Positions 51,329 to 60,121 of a DNA stretch of 64,000 nt are shown here, one piece after another. The notes under the pieces were generated by a model that was given only the letters and a program-made list of their open reading frames with translations, was not told the DNA's origin and ran no database searches. The stretch covers positions 32,001 through 96,000 of the forward strand of contig CAVQJC010000011.1 in the NCBI GenBank assembly GCA_963712745.1, given 5' to 3'. Each line of letters opens with the position of its first letter. Within the stretch, counting starts at the first letter, position 1. The position numbers and the translations under genes are program-made. This DNA comes from an uncultured Chloroflexia bacterium (GTDB lineage Bacteria > Chloroflexota > Limnocylindria > Limnocylindrales > CSP1-4).

Positions 51329-52432
51329 ATGACGACGAAGGACGAACGACCCTACTCACCTGGTCTCGCCGGCGTCCTCGCGGGGGAGACTGCGCTTTCT
51401 CTCGTCGACGGTGCCAACGGTCGACTGCTCTATCGTGGCTACCCCATCGGTGAGCTTGTCCGTGAGGGCAGCTTCGCCCAGGTCACCCACCTGCTCTGGG
51501 CCGATGAGTGGCTGGCTGAGGCACACCTGCCCTGCGCGCCCCTCGACGCACCCATCGTCGCGGCGCTGCGTGACCTGCCCGAGGGTGCGCATCCCATGGA
51601 TGCGCTGCGCACGGCGTTCTCGGTGTGGGGCGCGATCCACCGCACGGTGTGGCCACCGACCGTCGAGCAGGCGCGCGAGCTCACGGCCATGGGGCCGTCC
51701 GCACTGGCCGCCTTCGGCCGCCTGCGCCAGGGCCTCGAGCCGATCGAGCCGGACCCGTCGCTCGACACTACCGCCGGCTTTCTCTACCAGCTCAACGGCG
51801 AGCAACCGGATGAGGCCGCGGCCAGGGCGCTCGATGCCTACTTCATCGTGGGTGCCGACCACGGCTTCAACGCCTCCACCTTCACGGCACGCGTCATCAC
51901 CTCCACGCGCTCGGACATCGCCAGCGCCGTGGCCGGTGCCACCGGCGCCCTGAAGGGCCCGCTCCATGGCGGGGCTCCCTCCGAAGTGGTGAGCCAGCTC
52001 AACGAGATCGGCTCGCCCGAGGCCGCCGAGCAGTGGATCAACGACGCCATCGATCGCGGTGAGCGCTTGATGGGCTTCGGCCACCGTGTCTACCGCGCCT
52101 ACGACCCCCGCGCTGCGGCCTTGCGCGAGGTGGCCGAGCAGATGAGGTCCATCGCCGACTGGCTGGAGCTGGCCGTGGCCGTCGAGGATGTGGCCCTGCG
52201 GGTGCTCGAGGAGCGCTATCCCGATCGTCCACTCAAGACCAACGTGGAGTACTACACTGCGGCCGTCCTGCAGGGCGTGGGCCTGCCGCCCGATCTCTTC
52301 CCGGCCACCTTTGCCATGGCCCGGACCGCCGGTTGGACCGCACACTCCATCGAGCAGGCCGGGGTCGACAAGCTCATCCGACCCGACGTGATCTACACCG
52401 GCCCCCAAGAGCGTCACCTGCCCACTTCCTGA
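51329..52432 (+). CDS. Citrate synthase / methylcitrate synthase (short type)
   Basis: DHGFNAST, GPLHGGA, MGFGHRVY..DPRA, TNVEYY. Confidence 0.93.
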   Translation: MTTKDERPYSPGLAGVLAGETALSLVDGANGRLLYRGYPIGELVREGSFAQVTHLLWADEWLAEAHLPCAPLDAPIVAALRDLPEGAHPMDALRTAFSVWGAIHRTVWPPTVEQARELTAMGPSALAAFGRLRQGLEPIEPDPSLDTTAGFLYQLNGEQPDEAAARALDAYFIVGADHGFNASTFTARVITSTRSDIASAVAGATGALKGPLHGGAPSEVVSQLNEIGSPEAAEQWINDAIDRGERLMGFGHRVYRAYDPRAAALREVAEQMRSIADWLELAVAVEDVALRVLEERYPDRPLKTNVEYYTAAVLQGVGLPPDLFPATFAMARTAGWTAHSIEQAGVDKLIRPDVIYTGPQERHLPTS

Positions 52433-52460
52433 GCCCGCACGCCACCACGAGGGCAACGCC

Positions 52461-53366
52461 ATGGCCGTGAAGATCTCGGGCCTCATCAACACCTGGAACG
52501 AGGCCGAGACCATCCGCTACGCGGTGGAGTCCCTCAAGACCTGGTGTGACGAGGTGCTCATCGTCGACCAGCAGTCCTCGGACGACACGGTCACCATCGC
52601 TCGTGCCTGCGGAGCCAAGGTCATCGAGGTCGAGGCCACCGGCTACGTGGAGATCATCCGCGAGCTGTCGGTGGGGTTGACCGAGCACGACTGGGTCATG
52701 GTGCTCGACTCGGACGAGATCGTGCACCCGAACCTGGGCCGGCGCCTGCGGGAGATCGCCGAAACGGGCGAGGCCAACGTGGTCAAGATCCCACGGCGCA
52801 ACATGATCCTGGGCAGGGAGATGCAGCACGGCCAGTGGTGGCCCAATGCCAAGCGCCGCTTCTTCCACAAGGATTGGATCGACATCCGCGTGGAGATGCA
52901 CGGCGGCTTCCACGCGGCCGAAGGCGCCACCGAGATCATGCTGCCCCTGGACCGAGACTGCTGCCTGTGGCACTTCAGCTATCACAACATCGCCGACGTG
53001 GTCTGGAAGTCGCAGCGCTACACGACCGTGCAGGCCTGGCAGCGCGCTCGCTCCGGAAGGCGTCCCGGGCCCCGTCGCTGGTTCCGGGTGGCCGTACGGC
53101 AGGCCTGGAAGGAGTTCGTCAAGGGCCGCGCGTACCGCGATGGCGCGGCCGGCATCGCGGTCTCGGTCGTGCGCATCATGGATCGCTTCCTGGTGCAGGC
53201 CAAGCAGTGGGACGAGACCGACTCGCATGGGCGGGCGGAGGAGTATCAGCGCATGAAGGAGGAGATGCTCGGACTGGAGCATGATCCCGATCTTGCGCCC
53301 ATCGACCACAGCGACCTCGAGCGGTTGGAGAAGGCGCCCGAAGCGGTGGGGGAGGTGCAGTTCTAG
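52461..53366 (+). CDS. Glycosyltransferase family 2
   Basis: NEA, IVD..S.D.T, VLDSDE. Confidence 0.9.
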   Translation: MAVKISGLINTWNEAETIRYAVESLKTWCDEVLIVDQQSSDDTVTIARACGAKVIEVEATGYVEIIRELSVGLTEHDWVMVLDSDEIVHPNLGRRLREIAETGEANVVKIPRRNMILGREMQHGQWWPNAKRRFFHKDWIDIRVEMHGGFHAAEGATEIMLPLDRDCCLWHFSYHNIADVVWKSQRYTTVQAWQRARSGRRPGPRRWFRVAVRQAWKEFVKGRAYRDGAAGIAVSVVRIMDRFLVQAKQWDETDSHGRAEEYQRMKEEMLGLEHDPDLAPIDHSDLERLEKAPEAVGEVQF

Positions 53367-53368
53367 CC

Positions 53369-54226
53369 ATGGCCAAGATCAGTGGCGTGGTCATCGCGCT
53401 CAACGAGGCTCAGCAGCTGCATTACGCGCTTACGACGCTGCTGCCCTGGTGTGACGAGGTCATCGTCGTCGACCAGCACTCGGAGGACGAGACCGCCACC
53501 ATCGCCGCGGAGATGGGCGCGACCGTCTACCAGCACGAGCGCACCGGTGGCATCGCCGACCCGGCTCGCCGGTTCGCAGTCTCCAAGGCGACCGGCGATT
53601 GGATCTTCATCCTCGACGCCGACGAGATGATCCCGCCGTCCCTGGCGACACACCTGCGGGAGTTCGTGGAATCGGATCCCCAGGCCGACGTGGTGCTGGT
53701 GCCCCGGGCCAACCTCATCCTCGGCCGCTGGATCAGACACGGCAACAACTGGCCCAGCCGCCATGCCCGCTTCTTCCGGCCGGGCTCGCTGCTGATGACC
53801 GACCGCATCCACAAGTCCATCGTGCCTGCGCCCGGCACGCGCCGGCATCAGCTGGCAGCCGATCCGGCGCTGGCCATCTGGCACTTCCCCGGCGGCAACC
53901 TCTCCGATCTCGTGCGCAAGGTCGACCGCTACACCGACATCGAGGCTCGCCAGGCTTATGCCCGCGGCCGACGGGTGAACGGACCACTCGGTCTCTTCCC
54001 CGACGCCATCAAGTACTTCTGGCGCCAGTACATCAAGGGCCGCGGCTACCGCGACGGCACCATGGGCCTGGCCGTGGCCATCACGCGCACGTACTACCGC
54101 ATCCTCACCGCGGCCAAGCTGTACGAGTTGCCGCGCAAGAAGTCACGCGCCGCGGAGGTGAAGCTCGTGCGTGAGCGGCTGCTGAAGCGCTGGGGAGCAG
54201 AGGAGAGCGAGGACCGCGCCCCGTAG
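53369..54226 (+). CDS. Glycosyltransferase family 2 (paralogue of the upstream gene)
   Basis: NEA, VVDQHSED, ILDADE, GYRDG. Confidence 0.9.
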   Translation: MAKISGVVIALNEAQQLHYALTTLLPWCDEVIVVDQHSEDETATIAAEMGATVYQHERTGGIADPARRFAVSKATGDWIFILDADEMIPPSLATHLREFVESDPQADVVLVPRANLILGRWIRHGNNWPSRHARFFRPGSLLMTDRIHKSIVPAPGTRRHQLAADPALAIWHFPGGNLSDLVRKVDRYTDIEARQAYARGRRVNGPLGLFPDAIKYFWRQYIKGRGYRDGTMGLAVAITRTYYRILTAAKLYELPRKKSRAAEVKLVRERLLKRWGAEESEDRAP

Positions 54227-54448
54227 CGCTCCAGCGCCTGCCCCTGATCCGCCGGCCTGCCGACGCTGTTCGGCCGCGGCATCTCCCCCATTCCAGCTCG
54301 CCGCTGCTCCACTCCAAGCGTGCCCGCGTCCCCTTCGGGACTGATGGCCCCCGCATGCGCGGCGGACCGGCCCATCACCACGGAGTCGCTCGCGGGTAGG
54401 TTGGTACCGGTACCCCGTGACCTTTTTGCGGTCGGTAGGAGGTCTGAG

Positions 54449-56344
54449 ATGGACGCCATCGTCCTCGTCAAGCAGGTGCCGGACGTCTCCAACATCCCCG
54501 AGGACGCGTGGGACCGAGAGAAGGGGACGCTGCGCCGGGCGATGCTCGACAGCGTCACGAACCCGCTCGACCTTCATGCCCTCACCTTCGCCGCTGAGCT
54601 CACGCGCGACGAACCTGATGCCCGCCTGGTCTTCCTGACCATGGGCCCGCCGGCCGCGCGCGAGGTGCTCATGGACTGCCTCAGCCGTGTGCCTGGTGAA
54701 GCCATCCTCCTGACCGACAAGGCCTTCGCTGGTGCCGACACCGGTGCCACGGCCTACTCGCTGGCCATGGCCATCCGCCGCATCCAGCGCGAGCTCTTCG
54801 ACGGGCGCTGCGAGTACGTCGTGGTCACCGGCATGCAGTCGGTCGACGGCGACACCGCGCAGGTGCCGCCGCAGATCGCGGAGGAGCTGGGCATCGACCA
54901 CATCGCCTACGCCCAGGGCATGTCCCACGATCACGAGCTGACCATCCGCCGCATCGCAGCCGAGGGCATCGAGGACGTCAGGCCCAAGCGCTGTCCGGTG
55001 CTCGTCACGCTGACCGCCGCGACCAAGCCCCTGTTCCGCTCGTTCGAGGCCGCGCGTGAGGCGCGCCTCACCGACATCCGCGAGTGGAACGCAGAGTCGG
55101 TCGAGGCCGACCGCTCGCGCATCGGCCTCCAGGGCTCCTGGACGCAGGTATACCACTTGTTCAGCCCCTCGGAGGCGCGCACCAAGGAGTGCGAGTTCGT
55201 GTCCGATCCGTTCGAGCTCGTGACCAGGATGAAGGCCGCCTACGAGCAGGCTGAAGCCGGCCAGACCGTCCCTTGCGTGGACGTAGCCTACGACCTTGCT
55301 GGCCGCGACCCCACCTATCGCGGCGAGTTCTGGGTCTACGCCGAGCCCGAGGGCGATGGCGTCCGCTCCGTCTCGCTCGAGCTCCTGGGCACCGCACGCG
55401 ACCTGGCCTCGTGTCTCGGCGAGAAGGTCGCAGCCGTGCTCGCCGTCGATGACGCCGGTACCAGGCCGCAGACGCTCATCGCTGCCGGCGCGGACATCGT
55501 CTACGTGCTGGAGCACCCACTGCTCGCGACCTTCGACCCCATCGGCCACAAGAGCGTGCTGGCCAAGCTGGCCCGCGAGCGCAAGCCGCAGGCAATGCTC
55601 TTCGGCGCCAGCCCGCTGGGTCGAGAGCTGGCCCCCCGCGTGGCCTACGCCTGCCACTGCGGGCTCACCGCCGACTGTACCCAGCTCGAGATCGGCGACT
55701 ACGCGAAGGGTGCCGTCGACTGGGTCGGCATCCTCAGGCAGACCCGGCCCGCACTCGGCGGCAACGTCATGGCCACGATCATGACCAAGGACAGCCCGAC
55801 GCAGATGGCCACCGTGCGCCCCGGCGTCTTCAGGGTGCCGGTGCTCGATCCGGACCGGACCGGGGAGATCATCCGCCCCCAAGTCGAGCTCGAGGAGGAC
55901 GCGTTGGGGCTCGAGTCCACGCCGGTCGAGTCCTTCGCCAGTAAGACCTCCATCCGCGATGCCGAGGTCATCGTCGCCGGCGGCCACGGCTTCCGTTCGA
56001 AGGCCGACTTCGACCGCTACCTCGCTCCGCTCGCGGCAGGGATCGGCCGGCTACTCGGGGCGGACACCAAGGTGGCCGCCTCGCGCATGGCCGTCGAGGA
56101 CGGCTGCACCACGCATGACTACCAGGTCGGCCAGACCGGCCAGACGGTCCAGCCCCGGCTGTACCTGGCCATCGGCATCTCCGGTGCCATCCAGCACATC
56201 ACCGGCATGCAGTCGTCGGAGGTCATCGTGGCCATCAACAAGGACCCCAAGGCCAGGATCTTCGACTACGCGGACCTCGGCGTCGTCGGTGACATCGAGA
56301 CGGTCATCCCGGCCTTGACAGCGGCGCTGGAGGTGCCGGCATGA
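54449..56344 (+). CDS. Fused electron-transfer flavoprotein beta-alpha (FixAB-like)
   Basis: KQVPD, FAGADT and DGDTAQV (beta); GLTADC, RPALGGN, QVGQTG, GISGAIQH and AINKD (alpha); AGGAGG RBS. Confidence 0.93.
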   Translation: MDAIVLVKQVPDVSNIPEDAWDREKGTLRRAMLDSVTNPLDLHALTFAAELTRDEPDARLVFLTMGPPAAREVLMDCLSRVPGEAILLTDKAFAGADTGATAYSLAMAIRRIQRELFDGRCEYVVVTGMQSVDGDTAQVPPQIAEELGIDHIAYAQGMSHDHELTIRRIAAEGIEDVRPKRCPVLVTLTAATKPLFRSFEAAREARLTDIREWNAESVEADRSRIGLQGSWTQVYHLFSPSEARTKECEFVSDPFELVTRMKAAYEQAEAGQTVPCVDVAYDLAGRDPTYRGEFWVYAEPEGDGVRSVSLELLGTARDLASCLGEKVAAVLAVDDAGTRPQTLIAAGADIVYVLEHPLLATFDPIGHKSVLAKLARERKPQAMLFGASPLGRELAPRVAYACHCGLTADCTQLEIGDYAKGAVDWVGILRQTRPALGGNVMATIMTKDSPTQMATVRPGVFRVPVLDPDRTGEIIRPQVELEEDALGLESTPVESFASKTSIRDAEVIVAGGHGFRSKADFDRYLAPLAAGIGRLLGADTKVAASRMAVEDGCTTHDYQVGQTGQTVQPRLYLAIGISGAIQHITGMQSSEVIVAINKDPKARIFDYADLGVVGDIETVIPALTAALEVPA

Positions 56345-57918
56345 GACCACCTCTCGACGTCCTCATCGTGGGTGCCGGCCCGGCCGGCCTGGCCACCGCC
56401 ATACGGCTCAAGCAGCAGGCGGACGAGGCCGGTCATCCGGTCTCGATGGCGGTCATCGACAAGGCCAGCCAGCCCGGATACCACAACCTCTCGGGCGCGG
56501 TGCTCGATCCGCGACCGCTTGACGAGCTGACCCCGGACTGGCGCAGCCATCGCTCGCTGGCGCAGCGGGTGGCGGAGGTCTCGCAGGACGACATGTACTT
56601 CCTGCTGGGCTCGCGTGCTATCCACGTGCCGGAGCTTGTGGCGCCCAGGGCCATGAGCCACATGGGCGATGCGATCGTCTCCATCTCCCGCCTGGTGGCC
56701 TACCTGGCGGCGGTGACCGAGGAGATGGGCATCGAGGTCTATGCGGGCTTCAGTGCCCGCGAGCTCATCATCGAGGGCGGCCGCGTCGCCGGCGTGCGCC
56801 TGGGCGAAGTGGGCCTTGATGTCGAAGGCGGCCACATGGCCAACTACCGTCCGGCCGAGGAGATCCGAGCCCGCGTGACGGTGCTGGCCGATGGCACCCG
56901 TGGCGTGCTCTCGGAGCAGCTGAAAGAGCGGTTCGGTGCCGGGCAGAACCCGCAGGTCTACTCGCTCGGTGTCAAGGCCGTGCTGCAGTTCCCCAGCGAG
57001 CACCCCTTCGGCCAGGGCCGTGTGGCCCACTTCCTGGGCTACCCCAACCCCTCGAACGTATTCGGCGGCGGTTTCCTCTACAGCCTGGATGTCAACACCG
57101 TGGCGGTCGGGCTCATCCTCGCCCTCGACTGGAAGTACGGCGACCTCAACCCCCAGCGCGAGTTCGAGCGGTTCCGGGCACACCCCTTCATCGCCCAGCA
57201 GCTCGAAGGTGGGGTGGCCATCGCCACCGGTGCGCGGACCATCCCCGAGGGCGGCTACTACGCTCTGGGCAAGGTCGCCGTGCCGGGGGCGCTGGTGGTC
57301 GGCGATGGGGCCGGCTTCGTCAACATGGAGAAGATCAAGGGCATCCACAACGCCATCTGGTCGGGCATGGCCGCCGCCGAGACGATCTCCGCCGGGCTGA
57401 CCCAGGCCGGTGACGTCACACTCGAGGGCTATCAACGGCGGCTCGAGGAGCGCGGTGTGCTGCCCGAGATGCGCCACGCGCGCAACTACCGCCAGGTCTT
57501 CAAGTGGGGCCTGTACCTGGGCGCGCCGCTCTCGCAGATCGCCCACCTGCTGCCGACCCGTATCGGCATGGAGGCCGATGCCGATGGCACCAGGGCGGGG
57601 GCACGCCTGGATCGCGCGGAGCCGAGAGGCATGGACGGGGCCACGTTCGTCAGCCTCACCGGCGCCCTGCACCGCGAGGACGAGGCTGCACACATGACCA
57701 TCCTCGATCCGTCGAAGTGCTTGACCTGCTCCGAGGAGTACGCGGCGGCGTGCTCGTACTTCTGCCCCGGCCAGGTCTACCGCTGGGATGGCGAGAAGAT
57801 CGTGCTCAGTCCGTCCAACTGCCTCCACTGCATGACCTGTGCCGTGAAGTGCCCGCTGGATAACATCCGCTGGCTGCCGCCCGAGGGTGGTGAGGGACCG
57901 CGGTTCGCGCGCATGTAG
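56341..57918 (+). CDS. ETF:quinone oxidoreductase / FixC-like FAD protein fused to a FixX-like 2x[4Fe-4S] domain
   Basis: GAGPAG, IPEGG, VGDGAGFVN; C-x2-C-x7-C-x3-CP and C-x2-C-x2-C-x3-CP. Confidence 0.88.
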   Translation: MRPPLDVLIVGAGPAGLATAIRLKQQADEAGHPVSMAVIDKASQPGYHNLSGAVLDPRPLDELTPDWRSHRSLAQRVAEVSQDDMYFLLGSRAIHVPELVAPRAMSHMGDAIVSISRLVAYLAAVTEEMGIEVYAGFSARELIIEGGRVAGVRLGEVGLDVEGGHMANYRPAEEIRARVTVLADGTRGVLSEQLKERFGAGQNPQVYSLGVKAVLQFPSEHPFGQGRVAHFLGYPNPSNVFGGGFLYSLDVNTVAVGLILALDWKYGDLNPQREFERFRAHPFIAQQLEGGVAIATGARTIPEGGYYALGKVAVPGALVVGDGAGFVNMEKIKGIHNAIWSGMAAAETISAGLTQAGDVTLEGYQRRLEERGVLPEMRHARNYRQVFKWGLYLGAPLSQIAHLLPTRIGMEADADGTRAGARLDRAEPRGMDGATFVSLTGALHREDEAAHMTILDPSKCLTCSEEYAAACSYFCPGQVYRWDGEKIVLSPSNCLHCMTCAVKCPLDNIRWLPPEGGEGPRFARM

Positions 57919-57975
57919 CGCTGGTACCGGACGGGGACCTGACACGGCGGCCCTTCCTGGTGGGGGAGGCAGTCA

Positions 57976-58464
57976 TCAGGCGTCCTCGTAGTGGGACAGA
58001 CCCTTGCCCCTGGGGCCGATGGTCAGGCAGTCGCAGGTGCGCTCACCGTTCTCGTCGATGATGCGCATGCGGTGGTTGATCGCGGTGTCGCCCGAGGCCA
58101 GGTTGGCGCCGACCACGCAGTACTTGCGTGCCGATAGCTCGATGGCCCGCGCCACGGCCTTGTCGTCGATGGAGCGGCCCCTCACCACATGCTCGACGAC
58201 GATGTCGGTGAAGAACTTGGGGTGATCATCGCGCTGGGTGCCGACTGCGTCGACCTCGTAGCTCTCGACCTGCAGGCGCTTCTTGGACATGATCGAGACC
58301 GCGTCCATGCCGGTGCAGCCGGCCAGGCCGGCGAGCACGAGCGAGGCCGGTCGAAACGCCCCCGGGGACTCCGGACCGCCCATCGTGACCGTGGCACCGT
58401 CATCGGAGGTGCCGGTGAAATCGAGATCGCTGTTGCCCCAGCGAACGTTGATGTGCTTCTTCAT
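57976..58464 (-). CDS. OsmC-like protein
   Basis: LAGCTGMD, AIELS..KYC. Confidence 0.88.
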   Translation of the reverse strand: MKKHINVRWGNSDLDFTGTSDDGATVTMGGPESPGAFRPASLVLAGLAGCTGMDAVSIMSKKRLQVESYEVDAVGTQRDDHPKFFTDIVVEHVVRGRSIDDKAVARAIELSARKYCVVGANLASGDTAINHRMRIIDENGERTCDCLTIGPRGKGLSHYEDA

Positions 58465-58668
58465 GTCCAAAGGGTAGCCCCGTGTCCCGACTCGACGCCC
58501 ATGCCGTTCGGACGATTGCCAGAGGACCTAGCGGTCCGTTCCCGGCCGGCGCGGCCAGACCAGCACGAGCGGCGCCCCGCGTCGCCGCCGATGGCTTGAG
58601 ATCTCTCCTCTCGAGTCAAGGACTGCCGGCTGTCGTCGGCGGCATCGCCGCCCGGCGCCGCCGCCCGC

Positions 58669-59012
58669 GACAGCGATCACGATGGACTGACGAACCGTTT
58701 CGAGCGGCTGCACAGCTACACCGACCCGCACGACCGAGAGAGCGACAACGACGGCCTTGGTGACGGCAAGGAGGACCCCGACCACGACGGCCTGAAGAAC
58801 CGGGCGGAGCAGCGTCTTCAGCTCGATCCGCGCGACTCTGACAGCGACGAAGATGGTCTGCGGGACGCGGCCGACGACGAGGATTGCGACGGCATCTCCA
58901 ACCGGCGCGAACTCCGCAAGGGCGCGAACTCCGCAAGGGCACGAACCCCGCTGATGCGGACTCCGATGAGGACGGCGTGCCCGACGGCCGAGAAGACTCG
59001 GACCACGACGGC
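58669..59012 (+). pseudogene. Remnant of an acidic Ca-binding (bacterial TSP3-like DSDxDG) repeat protein
   Basis: DSDHDGL, ESDNDGL, DPDHDGL, DSDEDGL, DCDGI, DSDEDGV, DSDHDG; no start codon; frameshifting 17-bp duplication. Confidence 0.7.
58904..58937. repeat. 17-bp tandem duplication
   Basis: GGCGCGAACTCCGCAAG x2. Confidence 0.9.
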
Positions 59013-59072
59013 TCCTGGAGCCGACCATCGACCGACCGCGCCATCGTTCCTGCCGCCGAGCTGCCGCCTGGT

Positions 59073-60120
59073 TCTGTTCTCCTGAGACGTTGGTGACACG
59101 AGAGGAGCCTGTCACCGACTAGGTTGGGGGTTGCAGGACAACCAACCGATCAGGGAGGGCTCCTCGATGCATTGTCACCCCAACGCCCGGCGCACGCCAC
59201 GGGGCCGCGCCGATCTCTTCCTCGCGGTCGAGGCGGGCATGACCGTCACGGCCACCTGTGCCACCTTCGGCGTGAGCCGCCGCTGCTACTACCGCTGGCT
59301 GCCCCGCTGGCGGGCCCAGGGCCGGGCGGGCCTCGTCGACCGCAGCTCCCGTCCGCATACGAGCCCGCGACGGCTCGGCTGGCTCGACGAGGCCGCCATC
59401 GGTGCGCTCCGACGCCTGTTCGGCTGGGGCCCCGACCGCATCGCCCCGCTCGTCGGCTGTGCACCCTCCACGGCCCACCGGGCCCTCGACCGCGCGGGCC
59501 TCATCGAGCGCCCGACCGAGCGCGAGCGCGACGACCGCTACGAGTACGAGCGGCCGGGCGGCCTGCTGCACCTCGACACCAAGAAGCTCGGGCGCATCGT
59601 TGGGGGCCCGGGGCATCGGGCCACCGGGAGCCGGAAGGGACGCAGGAAGGGTGCCGGCTGGGAGCTCATGCACGCGGCCATCGACGACGCCAGCCGCCTC
59701 GTCTACGCCGAGATCCTGCCCGACCAGAAGAAGGGCACCACGACCCGCTTCACGCTGCGGGCGCTGCGCTGGTTCCACTCCCAGGGGGTCCGCGTCGAGC
59801 GGGTCCTCACGGACAATGGCAGCCCCTACCGGAGTCGCACCTTACGGGCCGCCCTGCGGCGCCTGCGCATCAAGCACCAGCGCACGCGGCCCTACCGGCC
59901 GCGCACGAACGGCAAGGTCGAACGCTCGATCCGGACCGTGTTGACCGAGTGCCGCTACCTCGAGGTCTTCGTCAGCTCACACGAGCGCCGGCTTGCGCTC
60001 GCGCGCTACATCGGGTACTACAACGACAGACGCCCCCACCTGGGCATCGGTGGGCGGACGCCTCGTCAGCGACTGCGCGCGAAGCAGGCCGCGGTGTGAC
60101 CAACCTATCCGGGGACTACA
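59073..60120 (+). mobile_element. IS481-family insertion sequence (~1.05 kb)
   Basis: Imperfect 26-bp terminal inverted repeats (59073-59098 / 60095-60120, 18/26 by eye); right end ...ACA followed by CCTAGC. Confidence 0.8.
59167..60099 (+). CDS. IS481-family DDE transposase
   Basis: MH.HPNA, DRSSRP, LLHLDTKKLG, IDDASR, TDNG, TNGKVER; GGGAGG RBS. Confidence 0.95.
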   Translation: MHCHPNARRTPRGRADLFLAVEAGMTVTATCATFGVSRRCYYRWLPRWRAQGRAGLVDRSSRPHTSPRRLGWLDEAAIGALRRLFGWGPDRIAPLVGCAPSTAHRALDRAGLIERPTERERDDRYEYERPGGLLHLDTKKLGRIVGGPGHRATGSRKGRRKGAGWELMHAAIDDASRLVYAEILPDQKKGTTTRFTLRALRWFHSQGVRVERVLTDNGSPYRSRTLRAALRRLRIKHQRTRPYRPRTNGKVERSIRTVLTECRYLEVFVSSHERRLALARYIGYYNDRRPHLGIGGRTPRQRLRAKQAAV

Positions 60121-60121
60121 C

